A stretch of 36,108 nt of DNA, from NCBI GenBank assembly GCA_043798915.1, contig JAZDOG010000097.1, positions 1 to 36,108 of the forward strand, written 5' to 3'. This document shows, one piece after another, positions 1-8,758 of this stretch. The translations under genes were made by a program, and so were the position numbers. This stretch comes from Pseudomonadota bacterium (lineage in GTDB: Bacteria > UBA10199 > 2-02-FULL-44-16 > JAAZCA01). A model generated the notes under the pieces. That model searched no databases. It was not told the origin of the DNA and saw nothing but the letters and a program-made list of their open reading frames with translations. Numbering within the stretch: the stretch's first letter is position 1; each line of letters opens with the position of its first letter.

Positions 1-501
1 ACCGTGGGCTATCTCTATTTCAGGATAGCCCTCCTGATCGCCGCCCTGATGGCCGGCATGGCGCTCGGCGTCCTGTATGGAAATGCGATGATAAAAAGGA
101 CGGCCGTCGGCGCGTTTTCCCTGCGCAGATGCCATCTGGTTTTGGTGGTGACCTGCGTCCTGTTGTCCCTCGTGTTTCTGCTCCTGCCCAAAATTTCCGC
201 GCCATGGTTATCGGAACCCCTCCTCATGCTCTGCGCGGTCGGTGCCGGTTTTGCCGGCGCTGCAGTCTTTCCGGTTTCAAACAGGATTTATTTTTCGTCC
301 CGTCCGGATTCGCAGAGGAGGACTGGCGTGATCTACAGCGCGGACCTCGCGGGCTCCTGTTTCGGCGCGCTGCTGCCCAGCGCGATCCTCATCCCGGTCT
401 TCGGGATATACAAGACGCTCATCTTCATCGCCCTGGCCAATCTCCTGATGCTGTCGCTCCCGATCGTCAGTCATAAAACTTTTTTCGTGACTCGTCGATA
501 A
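1..501 (+). CDS. C-terminal membrane part of a fused MFS/spermidine-synthase-like protein (5' partial)
   Basis: Open frame from the window edge with several TM helices. The motifs MAGMALG, GFAGAAVFP and IYSADLAGSCFGALL..ILIP are typical of the membrane domain of long spermidine-synthase-like proteins. Confidence 0.65.
   Translation, partial: TVGYLYFRIALLIAALMAGMALGVLYGNAMIKRTAVGAFSLRRCHLVLVVTCVLLSLVFLLLPKISAPWLSEPLLMLCAVGAGFAGAAVFPVSNRIYFSSRPDSQRRTGVIYSADLAGSCFGALLPSAILIPVFGIYKTLIFIALANLLMLSLPIVSHKTFFVTRR
474..501 (+). promoter_or_regulatory. sigma28/FliA-like promoter candidate (TAAAAC-N14-GTCGATAA)
   Basis: Same -35/-10 geometry as the three ACGCAAC-N14-KCCGATA motifs; ends 66 nt upstream of the ATG at 568. 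Confidence 0.45.
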
Positions 502-567
502 CTTGGACGTAAGAAGAAGACGAAGCACGGGGGAGCTTCCTTGGGGGAGTGTGTTGAGGAGGCCAAC

Positions 568-972
568 ATGTCCGCGTTCAATATCTGTTCCATGATGCCT
601 GAGGGATACAGGGATTTCGATTCCGCTCTTGCCGCCAAGATTGAGCTTGAAAGAAAAAGCAGAGAATCCGGCTCCAAGACCCAGAAGCTCTACCATGTGG
701 AGTTGGAATTCTGCGACGAGTTCCTGCCGCCGACAGGAGGCCCGATCCAGACGACAGTTCCAGTTTCACGGGATAGCGTCTTCGTCATTCGCGAAGGGAT
801 TGTCGATGGCTGCACCACCTATGCGGGATATTCCGGTCCCACCGCTGAGCTCGAGGCGAGGGACTGCGCCGCCTCGCTGGCCGCCCTGACAGGAACACCA
901 TTTTCCGCAATAAGGGCGGAGAAAAGGAGCCGGTTCGATAAAAGGTTTAAGGTAATTCCGGCAACAAAATAA
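568..972 (+). CDS. hypothetical protein (134 aa)
   Basis: ATG at 568 preceded by GAGGAGG (556-562); fills the gap between two clear genes; no recognisable domain. Confidence 0.65.
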   Translation: MSAFNICSMMPEGYRDFDSALAAKIELERKSRESGSKTQKLYHVELEFCDEFLPPTGGPIQTTVPVSRDSVFVIREGIVDGCTTYAGYSGPTAELEARDCAASLAALTGTPFSAIRAEKRSRFDKRFKVIPATK

Positions 973-1059
973 ATTCATCGCCCACCACAAAAATTCAAAA
1001 CCTTGCGAGGGGTTGCCCCGAAGCAGATGGGTTTTGAAACGAGTTACAGGAGACCGCCT

Positions 1060-2616
1060 ATGGCTCCTTATCGCTGGGCGTCCAAGGGTGATCTGAACGC
1101 ATTCTTTGCCCTGATGCTCGACAACGTCCTCAACATGGTCGTGCTGACGGCCATTCTCTCCGGCTTCGGCTACCCGACCGAATACATCTTCAAGCTCATG
1201 ATCCCGGGCACCGCGCTGGGTGTCCTCGTGGGCGACGCGGTCTATACCTGGATGGCCGTGCGTCTGGCGAAGCGGACGGGGAGGGCGGACGTCACCGCGA
1301 TGCCGCTGGGGCTCGACGCACCATCCACCATCGGCGTGGCGGTGGTCGTGCTCGGCCCCGTCTGGCTCCAGACGAAGGACCCGATCCTCACATGGCAGGT
1401 CGGGATGGCGACGATGGTCTTCATCGGGATCGTGAAGGTGATCTTTTCATTCATCGGCGACCGGATCCGCAGGGCGATTCCGGATGCGGGGCTCATCGGG
1501 TCGATCGCCGGCGTGGGGATCGCGCTGCTCGCGTTCCTGCAGCTCTTCCATATTTTTTCGGCTCCTGTGGTGGGCCTCATCGCGATGGGACTTGTCTTCT
1601 ATACCCTCGTGGCGAGGGGACGCCTTCCGTTCGGCATCCCCGGGGCGTTTGCGGCCGTGGCCGTGGGGACGATTTTGTGGCACGCGCTGGGCCGGGCGGA
1701 CCTCCTGGGCACCGCGTATCACGCGCCCAAACTTGCATTCTTCTTCGGCCTCCCCATGCCGACGCTGGGTTTCTTAGGCGGGATGCGCAGGGCGCTCGAT
1801 TACCTGCCGGTCGCAATCCCGTTCGGAATACTCACGATTGTGGGCGGCATCAACGTCACCGAGAGCGCGCGCATTGCGGGGGACGACTACAAGACGAGGG
1901 ACATACTGCTCACAGAGGCGATCGCCACGCTCATCGCCGGAATCTGCGGAGGGGTGTCGCAGTCGACTCCATATATCGGGCATCCCGCCTACAAGGGGAT
2001 GGGCGCGCGCGCGGCCTACACGCTGGCGACCGGGATATTCATCGGACTGGGCGGGTGCCTCGGCTACGTGCAGTTTATCATCGATCTCATCCCTGCAGCT
2101 GCGGTCACGCCGATCCTCGTCTTCGTGGGCCTGGACATCATGAACCAGGGCTATCTCGAATGTCCCAGGAAACATTCATGGGCCGTGGGGATGGCGCTTC
2201 TCCCGTGTATCGCGGAGCTCGTCCGCATCATCGTCACCGGCGTGCTGCACGTAGACGGCTCTGTGCTGGCGGCGCTGCCTGCGCGGTTTCGGCCGGAGGC
2301 GCTCGCGAGCTTCAAACTCATGGAGATGCTGGGGCGCGGGTTCATCATCACGGCGATGCTGTGGGGGGCGGCCTATGCGCACATGATCGACCGCAACACC
2401 AAGACATCGGCGCTCTACTTCGCGATCTGCGCCGCGTTCTGTTCATTCGGCATGATTCACTCCGCTGCGCCTGAGGGCGGCCTCTATTTTCCGTGGCACG
2501 CGCCGCATCCGGCGGCGTACCATTTCACGGCTGGATATCTGACCGTCGCCGTGCTCATCTTCCTTCTGTCGTTTGTTTCTGTCGATTCGCGCCGAACAAG
2601 CGAAAGCGAGGCGTAA
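1060..2616 (+). CDS. NCS2/AzgA-like nucleobase (xanthine/uracil-type) permease
   Basis: ATG 1060 with AGGAG RBS; many TM helices; motifs GDLNAFFALMLDN, VTAMPLGLDAPS, ESA..AGDDY, TPYIGHPAYKGMGAR. Confidence 0.85.
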   Translation: MAPYRWASKGDLNAFFALMLDNVLNMVVLTAILSGFGYPTEYIFKLMIPGTALGVLVGDAVYTWMAVRLAKRTGRADVTAMPLGLDAPSTIGVAVVVLGPVWLQTKDPILTWQVGMATMVFIGIVKVIFSFIGDRIRRAIPDAGLIGSIAGVGIALLAFLQLFHIFSAPVVGLIAMGLVFYTLVARGRLPFGIPGAFAAVAVGTILWHALGRADLLGTAYHAPKLAFFFGLPMPTLGFLGGMRRALDYLPVAIPFGILTIVGGINVTESARIAGDDYKTRDILLTEAIATLIAGICGGVSQSTPYIGHPAYKGMGARAAYTLATGIFIGLGGCLGYVQFIIDLIPAAAVTPILVFVGLDIMNQGYLECPRKHSWAVGMALLPCIAELVRIIVTGVLHVDGSVLAALPARFRPEALASFKLMEMLGRGFIITAMLWGAAYAHMIDRNTKTSALYFAICAAFCSFGMIHSAAPEGGLYFPWHAPHPAAYHFTAGYLTVAVLIFLLSFVSVDSRRTSESEA

Positions 2617-2630
2617 AAAAAGAGGCGCTG

Positions 2631-4157
2631 TTATTCAGCAAAGACCTGCGCGGTGAAGGTGTATATGTCGGTTCCCTTTTGCTTCCAGCAGTCCGGGGAT
2701 AATCCCGCTTTCTGCGAGCAGAGTTCGCCCATGAATTTTTCCATATCCCATTTGGTTTCGGTGGCCACCTGAGGCAGGAAGACGCCGGCATTGAAACCCC
2801 TGATGATCTTCACGCCGTGTTTTCCGAGCGTGATCTCGCGGGGGCTGTCGATTTTTTTGAGGGGGCTCAAGACCGAGATCTCATAACGGAGCGCGCCCAA
2901 TTCATCCTTGCCGACTGGCGGAAACCTTCGATCCTCGAGCGCAGCGGAGAGGGCCATCTGCGAGACGGCCTTGTACAGGGGGCGGTCCGATGGCGAGAAA
3001 CAGCCGATGCAGCCCCTTAAGTTGCCATGTTCCTTGATCGTGACGAAGGCGCCCAGATTCTCATTGAGCGCGGGGTCGCTGATCTTGAATTCCGGGACCT
3101 TCGAACTTCTGATAGCGGATTCAACCGACGTCCGGGCGATCTTCAGGAGCTGTCTCTGCTCCGCCTTGCTCAAGAGGCTGCCGCGTCTTTCGCCGAAGAA
3201 TCCTATCGCCGCATATCCCACGACGCGGTTCCGGTCCTGAGTGACGTCGCCGGAGTTCGCGGCTCTGATCAACCTGATCTCATTTGCGCCGAGTTCCCTC
3301 TCCACCTCCATCACGGTCTTTATCGCATCTATCCCGCAGGCGAAGGTGACGGCGTTGGGGATGTTCCTGCTCTCCAGATCCCTGACGGTCCTCTCGACAT
3401 TTTGAACGTCGCCGAAGAGGATCGCCTTGACCACCTTTTCGTCGGAGGATTTCGCGTCATTGTAGGATGGATAATGGGAGAGGTCGGAGCTGGCGACGAG
3501 CAGCACATTTTTTCCTTTTATGCTCTTCGAAATGGCCCTGGCCAAAGTGATATAATCCCTGTCGAAGTTGTTTCCGAAGAGGAGGGGGACGATCTTGAAG
3601 TGTTTGATCATCCTCTGCAGAAACGGCAGCTGCACTTCGATGGAGTGCTCGGCGACGTGGGGTGATTCCTTGTAATGGATGATGTCCGTTTCCTTCATGA
3701 GCGCATGGGCCAGCTCCGAATCTATTTCGACCTTGCCGAGCGGGGTCTTGAAGAAGCCCTCCGGTATTATCGAGACGCCGTCGAACCTCTCGCGGTGGCT
3801 GTTGCCGACGATGATCACCGTGTCGATTTCCTCGGCGGTGAGCTCCTTGTATCCGAAGGCCGCGACCTGGCCCGAGTATTCATATCCGGCATGGGGGACG
3901 ATCAACGCGGTGAGCTGGCCTTTGGCCTCCGGCGGACTGGCGGCGAGGAGGAGGTGATCGACCGTGCCCTCCAGATCCCTGGGATCGCCCGGATAGAATT
4001 GCCCCGCCACCGCGGGCTCTCTCACCTTTTCCTGCGATGCGGCCGCTTCTGCCTTCGGCGCCGGGGTTGTGCGCTTTGCCTCGCATGCCGGAAGGGAGGT
4101 AAATGTGATCGCTGCGGCCGCCAGGACGATCGAGAGTTTGATCGGGGTGTTCTTCAT
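2631..4157 (-). CDS. amrB: AmmeMemoRadiSam protein B/protein A fusion (MEMO1 + AMMECR1 domains) with lipoprotein-like signal peptide
   Basis: MEMO motifs REPAVAGQFYP, PHAGYEYSG, EHSIEVQLPFLQ, ASSDLSHY are followed by AMMECR1 motifs GAFVT..GNLRGCIG, DRRFPPV, EISVLSP, GVFLPQVA. N-terminus MKNTPIKLSIVLAAAAITFTSLPAC; AGGAGG RBS. Confidence 0.93.
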   Translation of the reverse strand: MKNTPIKLSIVLAAAAITFTSLPACEAKRTTPAPKAEAAASQEKVREPAVAGQFYPGDPRDLEGTVDHLLLAASPPEAKGQLTALIVPHAGYEYSGQVAAFGYKELTAEEIDTVIIVGNSHRERFDGVSIIPEGFFKTPLGKVEIDSELAHALMKETDIIHYKESPHVAEHSIEVQLPFLQRMIKHFKIVPLLFGNNFDRDYITLARAISKSIKGKNVLLVASSDLSHYPSYNDAKSSDEKVVKAILFGDVQNVERTVRDLESRNIPNAVTFACGIDAIKTVMEVERELGANEIRLIRAANSGDVTQDRNRVVGYAAIGFFGERRGSLLSKAEQRQLLKIARTSVESAIRSSKVPEFKISDPALNENLGAFVTIKEHGNLRGCIGCFSPSDRPLYKAVSQMALSAALEDRRFPPVGKDELGALRYEISVLSPLKKIDSPREITLGKHGVKIIRGFNAGVFLPQVATETKWDMEKFMGELCSQKAGLSPDCWKQKGTDIYTFTAQVFAE

Positions 4158-4168
4158 GCTGCGCCCTC

Positions 4169-5278
4169 CTATTTCCAGATGCCCGGGATTTTTTCTCCGT
4201 CCCGGCAGAGGCCGGAATTCAAATTGTTGGACATCACAAAAAAACCTCTCCGGTCGATGACCTTCTCTTTTGATTTGGGACAGTATGTGGCCTCGCCCTC
4301 GGGGTAGTCGGCGTTGCCGATGTACACGTAATTCAAACCAACCCCGAGGGCGATCTTGCGCGCCTGGACAAGTTTTTCAACCGGGGTCGGCGGCAGATTC
4401 AGCATCTTGTAATCCGGGTGGAAGCGCGAAAAATGCAGGGGCACGTCGGGGCCCAGATTGTCCTTCAACCACAGGGCCAGATTTTTGATGTCATCCTCTG
4501 AATCGTTCTCTCCCGGCAGGAGCAGATTGACGATCTCCAGCCACACCCCTTTTTCCTTGATGATCTTCATCGCCTCGAGCACGGGCGCGAGCCTGCCAAC
4601 CGTCATCTTCTCATAGAATTTTTCGCTGAAACCCTTGAAGTCGATCTTGTATGCATCGACATAGGGCAGGAGTTCGCGGAGCGGTTCAGGGTTGATGTAG
4701 CCGGCGCTGACTACGACGACCTTGAGCCCCTTTTCGTGCGCCAGTTTTGCGATGTCCATCACGTATTCATAATAGACGGTGGGCTCGCTGTAGGTGAAGG
4801 CGATCGACTTTGCGCCGCTCTTTACGGCAGCGTCGACCACCTCCGCGGGCGTCATCCTGATCGATTGCGCCTCCCACGGGAGCGCCTGGGATATCTGCCA
4901 GTTCTGGCAGAACTTGCACCTTAAGTTGCAGCCCGTGGTCGCTATGGAGAACGCCACGCTTCCCGGCAGGACGTGGAAGAACGGTTTTTTCTCGATCGGA
5001 TCCACGTGGACCGCCGCAATCTGACCGTAGACCATGGAATAGAGCTCGCCGTTCTTGTTTATCCGTGCCCTGCAGGTTCCGATCTGCCCGTTGGAGAGAT
5101 TGCACCTGTTGGGGCAGAGGTTGCATCGGACGAACCCGCTTCCGGTTTTTTCATAATACATCGCCGGGTGCAGGTTCTCCCGGGAATGTTCCGTCGTCCT
5201 CGCCCTGCCGTAGATGAGGAAGACGGAGAGCGAGACGACGAGGAGCAGAAACAGTATGGCGCCGATCTTTGCTTTCAT
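4169..5278 (-). CDS. amrS: AmmeMemoRadiSam radical SAM enzyme with N-terminal hydrophobic anchor
   Basis: N-terminal CNLCPNRC...C cluster, DPIEKKPFFH, radical SAM motif CNLRCKFCQNW, IAFTYSEP, PLHFSRFHP; adjacent to amrB/A. Confidence 0.93.
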   Translation of the reverse strand: MKAKIGAILFLLLVVSLSVFLIYGRARTTEHSRENLHPAMYYEKTGSGFVRCNLCPNRCNLSNGQIGTCRARINKNGELYSMVYGQIAAVHVDPIEKKPFFHVLPGSVAFSIATTGCNLRCKFCQNWQISQALPWEAQSIRMTPAEVVDAAVKSGAKSIAFTYSEPTVYYEYVMDIAKLAHEKGLKVVVVSAGYINPEPLRELLPYVDAYKIDFKGFSEKFYEKMTVGRLAPVLEAMKIIKEKGVWLEIVNLLLPGENDSEDDIKNLALWLKDNLGPDVPLHFSRFHPDYKMLNLPPTPVEKLVQARKIALGVGLNYVYIGNADYPEGEATYCPKSKEKVIDRRGFFVMSNNLNSGLCRDGEKIPGIWK

Positions 5279-5295
5279 ATTATGTATACGTCTTT

Positions 5296-5360
5296 TGTCA
5301 TTCCTGCGAAAGCAGGAATCTCATTGTCTCCATGGGATTCCCGCTTTCGCGGGAATGACA
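5296..5360. repeat. REP-like palindromic dimer (GTCATTCCYGCGAAAGCRGGAATC arms), copy 1
   Basis: Two inverted 25-nt arms, each a hairpin, around a 15-nt spacer. Its reverse complement matches 19071-19135 at 63/65 positions. Confidence 0.9.
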
Positions 5361-5373
5361 TACATGTCTGACA

Positions 5374-5691
5374 TCATGACAAATGAATATAGAGGAATGT
5401 AGCCAGGATCACCAGGCCCAGGACGAGCAGATAGATGTTCCACCAGGGCCTGTCCTTGACTCCCTTCCTCATCAGAATAAATTTTATGTTGAGCAGGCTG
5501 TGCAGGAGAAAGGCCGCAAAAGTCGGAACCGGCAGCCACTTCCCGTGCAGCAGCTTTGCGGAATCGGGGTCGATGATGCCCTCGGTCTGGCCGTATCCGG
5601 TTATGAAATACAGCAATATCAGGAAAAAAAGCAGACAGGCGCAGTATCTGTTTATCTTGACCAGGGACCTGCTCACTCCGGTCATTTTCAT
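5374..5691 (-). CDS. small 3-TM membrane protein with two membrane-proximal His (cytochrome-b-like, tentative)
   Basis: GGAGG RBS; hydrophobic segments LLFFLILLYFITGY, TFAAFLLHSLL, IYLLVLGLVIL; His in KLLHG and FLLHS. Confidence 0.7.
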   Translation of the reverse strand: MKMTGVSRSLVKINRYCACLLFFLILLYFITGYGQTEGIIDPDSAKLLHGKWLPVPTFAAFLLHSLLNIKFILMRKGVKDRPWWNIYLLVLGLVILATFLYIHLS

Positions 5692-5709
5692 GATCCGTTC
5701 CTCCGTTCG

Positions 5710-6345
5710 TCAGGACAGATGGAGCACCAAGCCCCCGCTCAGAATATTATGAAGACCGTAGACAAAAAACAAGGTCCCCACGATCAGGGCGCAGATCCTG
5801 CCTGCCATTTGAAATTCCTTCATGCGGCCCAAAAAACGCAGGAAGAAGATCGGCAGAAAATAGACGGTCGTCCCGGCGAAGAACATCAGAAAATAGATGA
5901 GGCCCTTCGCCATGCTGTGCAGGTTGAAGACGTAGGTGAGCGACATGAGAAACGGCGGACATATGTTTATCCCCATCAGAAATCCCATGACGAGCGGCAC
6001 CTTCTGGCCGTGTTTTCTGATCTTTGCGCAGAAGGAGAGCCTCTCAGGGTTCAAAAGGCCCACTCCATGAAGGATCATGATCAGGGAGAGCAGCATCAGC
6101 GAGATCGTCATGACCAGGTTTATGTTTTTATCGTCAAACCTCTCGCCCAGATAGCCCACCGCCGCCCCGAAGGCCATGTATCCGATGAGGCGGCCGCAGA
6201 CAATTTTTACGATGACCAGGATATCCTCTCTTTGCGCCCTTGCCTCCGAGACCATGAGGGGGGCGACAAATGGGATGCAGAATGCAAAGCAGTATATACC
6301 GACCGACAGGCCCGAGAGCAGCGGTGGAAGGATGACTTCAGTCAT
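5710..6345 (-). CDS. TauE/SafE-like / DsbD_2 cytochrome-c-biogenesis-type membrane protein
   Basis: Start re-assigned to ATG 6345, just after the upstream stop. About 6 TM helices; GLSVGIYCFAFC, GRLIGYMAFGAAVG, GFLMGINICPP, MFFAGT. Confidence 0.75.
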   Translation of the reverse strand: MTEVILPPLLSGLSVGIYCFAFCIPFVAPLMVSEARAQREDILVIVKIVCGRLIGYMAFGAAVGYLGERFDDKNINLVMTISLMLLSLIMILHGVGLLNPERLSFCAKIRKHGQKVPLVMGFLMGINICPPFLMSLTYVFNLHSMAKGLIYFLMFFAGTTVYFLPIFFLRFLGRMKEFQMAGRICALIVGTLFFVYGLHNILSGGLVLHLS

Positions 6346-6347
6346 GT

Positions 6348-7127
6348 TTATTTTGAAAACACAGCGAGTCCGTTTGTGACCCTCGCGAGCCCCGGCAGCG
6401 AGAGTTCGAAATCCTTGATCCTGGCATAGAGTTGTGAGGATCCGCCGCCGTCCAGCGCCATCGCGTTCGGGCACTCAAGGCCGCCCGCGGAGCGCGACGC
6501 GGACATCCGGCCCGCGAGCTCCGTCATGGATATCCCCGGGCCCTGCGTTATGGCGATCACCACCTTTCCGTCTTTGGTGATGCCCACCGCCGAGCGCGCC
6601 GCCTCGCTCTCCTTGAGCTTCGGGATCTGGCCGTCGACGGCCAGCCTTGGCCCCACCTGCAGCGCCATCCGCACACCCCTTATGGCTTTGAACTCCCTGG
6701 GCGTGTAGATCTTTGGCCCTTCAGCGCTGATCGTGAATATGCTCCACCAGCTCGTGCCGTGGATCGGCGAGACCTCTTTTCCGTCCTTTATTATGAGTCC
6801 GATCGATCTGTGCGCCGGGGTGAAAAATCCGCCGTTTATTGCCAGGAGGGCCTTGTTGTTCCTGACGAGCTCGCCAGCCGTGCTTCCATTCTCCTCGCGG
6901 GGAGAGGTCACAACGTCGATGCGCAATTTTTTAGGATCCACCTGGAAGGCGTGGATGGACGATCTGTCCTCCTCGCTGTCGAGCGCGAAGGACCAGGCCG
7001 CGTACTCGATGCCGTCGGCGAGCTTCGTCCATGTGTAGGCGGCCTTGGGCGCGCAGAGCGCGCTCGCCGGCGCCAGGAGGATCAGCAGGGCCAGCGATGT
7101 CAGGGCTCGTTTTATTCTGGCTGGCAT
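6348..7127 (-). CDS. phosphodiester glycosidase (NAGPA) family protein, secreted
   Basis: Signal peptide after ATG 7127; family motifs AINGGFF, QVGPRL, ARSAVGITKDG, AMALDGGGSS. Confidence 0.88.
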   Translation of the reverse strand: MPARIKRALTSLALLILLAPASALCAPKAAYTWTKLADGIEYAAWSFALDSEEDRSSIHAFQVDPKKLRIDVVTSPREENGSTAGELVRNNKALLAINGGFFTPAHRSIGLIIKDGKEVSPIHGTSWWSIFTISAEGPKIYTPREFKAIRGVRMALQVGPRLAVDGQIPKLKESEAARSAVGITKDGKVVIAITQGPGISMTELAGRMSASRSAGGLECPNAMALDGGGSSQLYARIKDFELSLPGLARVTNGLAVFSK

Positions 7128-7131
7128 CTTT

Positions 7132-8217
7132 TTATTTCCCCCAGATATCCACGACCATGCCGTCGGTGAGTTTGTCGTGTCCCTTAACGACGACAAGGTC
7201 CTCCTCCGCAAGGCCGCGCGTTATCTCGACCCGGTTCCCCTGAGTCTCGTTCGGGATCACCTGAACTCTGTGCGCGATTCCCTTGGTCACTGTGAAGACG
7301 AAATAGGCCTGCCTCTGCTTGATGAGGGCCTCCTCGGGGATGAGGAAGAAACGCTGTTTGTCTGTGCTCGTGAAGACGACCTCGGCCCTCATGCCGATCT
7401 TGTAGCGTCCGCCCGTGTTCGGAATGGCCGCCTTGACCGAAAACGTGTTGTCCTCGGCGTTCAGCTCGGTGCCGACTGTCGTCACCTTGCCGGTGATCTC
7501 GGTGCCGAGTTCAGGGAACTTCACCCTCACGGCCATGCCGGGTTTGACTGCGGTAGCGTTCTGCGAGGGGAGGCGAAACGGTGCGACGAGAGGATCCGCC
7601 CTGGTGATCGACATCATGGCCCTGCCGGCCGGGACGTTGCTCCCGGCCTGGATGCTTATCTTTCCGACGACCCCTGCAATCGGGCTTGTTACCGTCATCG
7701 CACCCGAGCGCTCTTCAAGGCGGGTTATCTGCTGCTGCAGCTTGTCGGTTGCGGCCTCGCTCGACTGGACGTCCGTGTCGAGACCGTCGTACTGGGTGCG
7801 ATCGATGCGGCCCTCCTCGATCAGTCGGTCGCGGTTTTTGAGGAGATACCTGTTCTTTTCGAGGGTTGCCTGCGCGTCCTTCGCGTCCGTGCGTAGCCTT
7901 GCGATCTTTGCGGCCGCCTCCTGCTCGGATATGCGCAGGAGGACGTCGCCCGCATTTACCTGATTGCCCTCGACAACGTTCACGCGCTCCACGGTGATCT
8001 CGTCGGGGGAGGTGACCTCCACGGACTCGGAGGCCTCGAGCGTTGCGGGCGCCTTGATCTCTTGCGCGCGCTCCTGCACCACGACGCTTTCCACAGTCAC
8101 GGGCACCGCGCTGCCGCCGCCCCTCATGAGCTTGGCGAAGAAGCCGCTCCCCTCGTTGCTGCAGCTGAAGGCGATGAGGGCGACGATGCCGGCGATTATA
8201 AGGACCGCTGTCTTCAC
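7132..8217 (-). CDS. efflux RND transporter periplasmic adaptor (membrane fusion protein), lipoprotein
   Basis: Lipobox IAFSC; VVEGNQVNAGDVL lipoyl-like half, coiled coil, VTSPIAGVV, KIGMRAEV, IPEEAL, VEITRGLAEEDLVVVKG. Confidence 0.88.
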   Translation of the reverse strand: MKTAVLIIAGIVALIAFSCSNEGSGFFAKLMRGGGSAVPVTVESVVVQERAQEIKAPATLEASESVEVTSPDEITVERVNVVEGNQVNAGDVLLRISEQEAAAKIARLRTDAKDAQATLEKNRYLLKNRDRLIEEGRIDRTQYDGLDTDVQSSEAATDKLQQQITRLEERSGAMTVTSPIAGVVGKISIQAGSNVPAGRAMMSITRADPLVAPFRLPSQNATAVKPGMAVRVKFPELGTEITGKVTTVGTELNAEDNTFSVKAAIPNTGGRYKIGMRAEVVFTSTDKQRFFLIPEEALIKQRQAYFVFTVTKGIAHRVQVIPNETQGNRVEITRGLAEEDLVVVKGHDKLTDGMVVDIWGK

Positions 8218-8388
8218 TTAAACCCCCGCGGTTGCAGGAGGTTATATTGAATATAAATTTGAGGCAACGGAAAAAGGAGCGTTCAAAGGAATGTATTGTG
8301 GTTTTCACTTGAACAGACCACCTGCGTTGGACTAAGGTCTTGAGCACACAGATAAAATGCCCGGACTTGAAACGGGCAGGGAGGATGT

Positions 8389-8577
8389 ATGGCTAGCAAA
8401 AGCAATACGAATGAAAGAACGCAGGGTCTGAACCTTCGGGATCCAAAGGTCTTCGAAGCGATCCAGAGGCGCGCGTACGAGCTCTATTGCAAGCGCGGCC
8501 ATACGAACGGCAACGACATGAAGGACTGGCTGGAAGCCGAACAATCCGTCAAAAGAGAAATGAGGACGTCGCGGTAG
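8389..8577 (+). CDS. DUF2934 domain-containing protein
   Basis: GGAGG RBS; IQRRAYELYCKRG...DMKDWLEAE matches the DUF2934 signature. Confidence 0.85.
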   Translation: MASKSNTNERTQGLNLRDPKVFEAIQRRAYELYCKRGHTNGNDMKDWLEAEQSVKREMRTSR

Positions 8578-8596
8578 TTTAAGCGACACCAGAGTT

Positions 8597-8758
8597 TCAG
8601 TGAACGATTGCCGTTGTCTCGAATGTGATGGCGGGTTCGGCGTTCTGTTCCCACTTGCGGATATATTTCATCGATATTTTGGCCGTTCCCGTTGCAAGTG
8701 TCTCGAAAACCCATTTTTCATGCCCACCCTGTCCGACCGAGGGTGCGCCCGTTGTCGC
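8597..8758 (-). pseudogene. C-terminal remnant of a protease inhibitor I42 (chagasin) family gene
   Basis: Hand translation directly after the Fic stop gives ATTGAPSVGQGGHEKWVFETLATGTAKISMKYIRKWEQNAEPAITFETTAIVH*. This matches the chagasin pattern VGxGG.E.W.F....G......Y.R(P)WE; the 5' half is missing. Confidence 0.7.
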
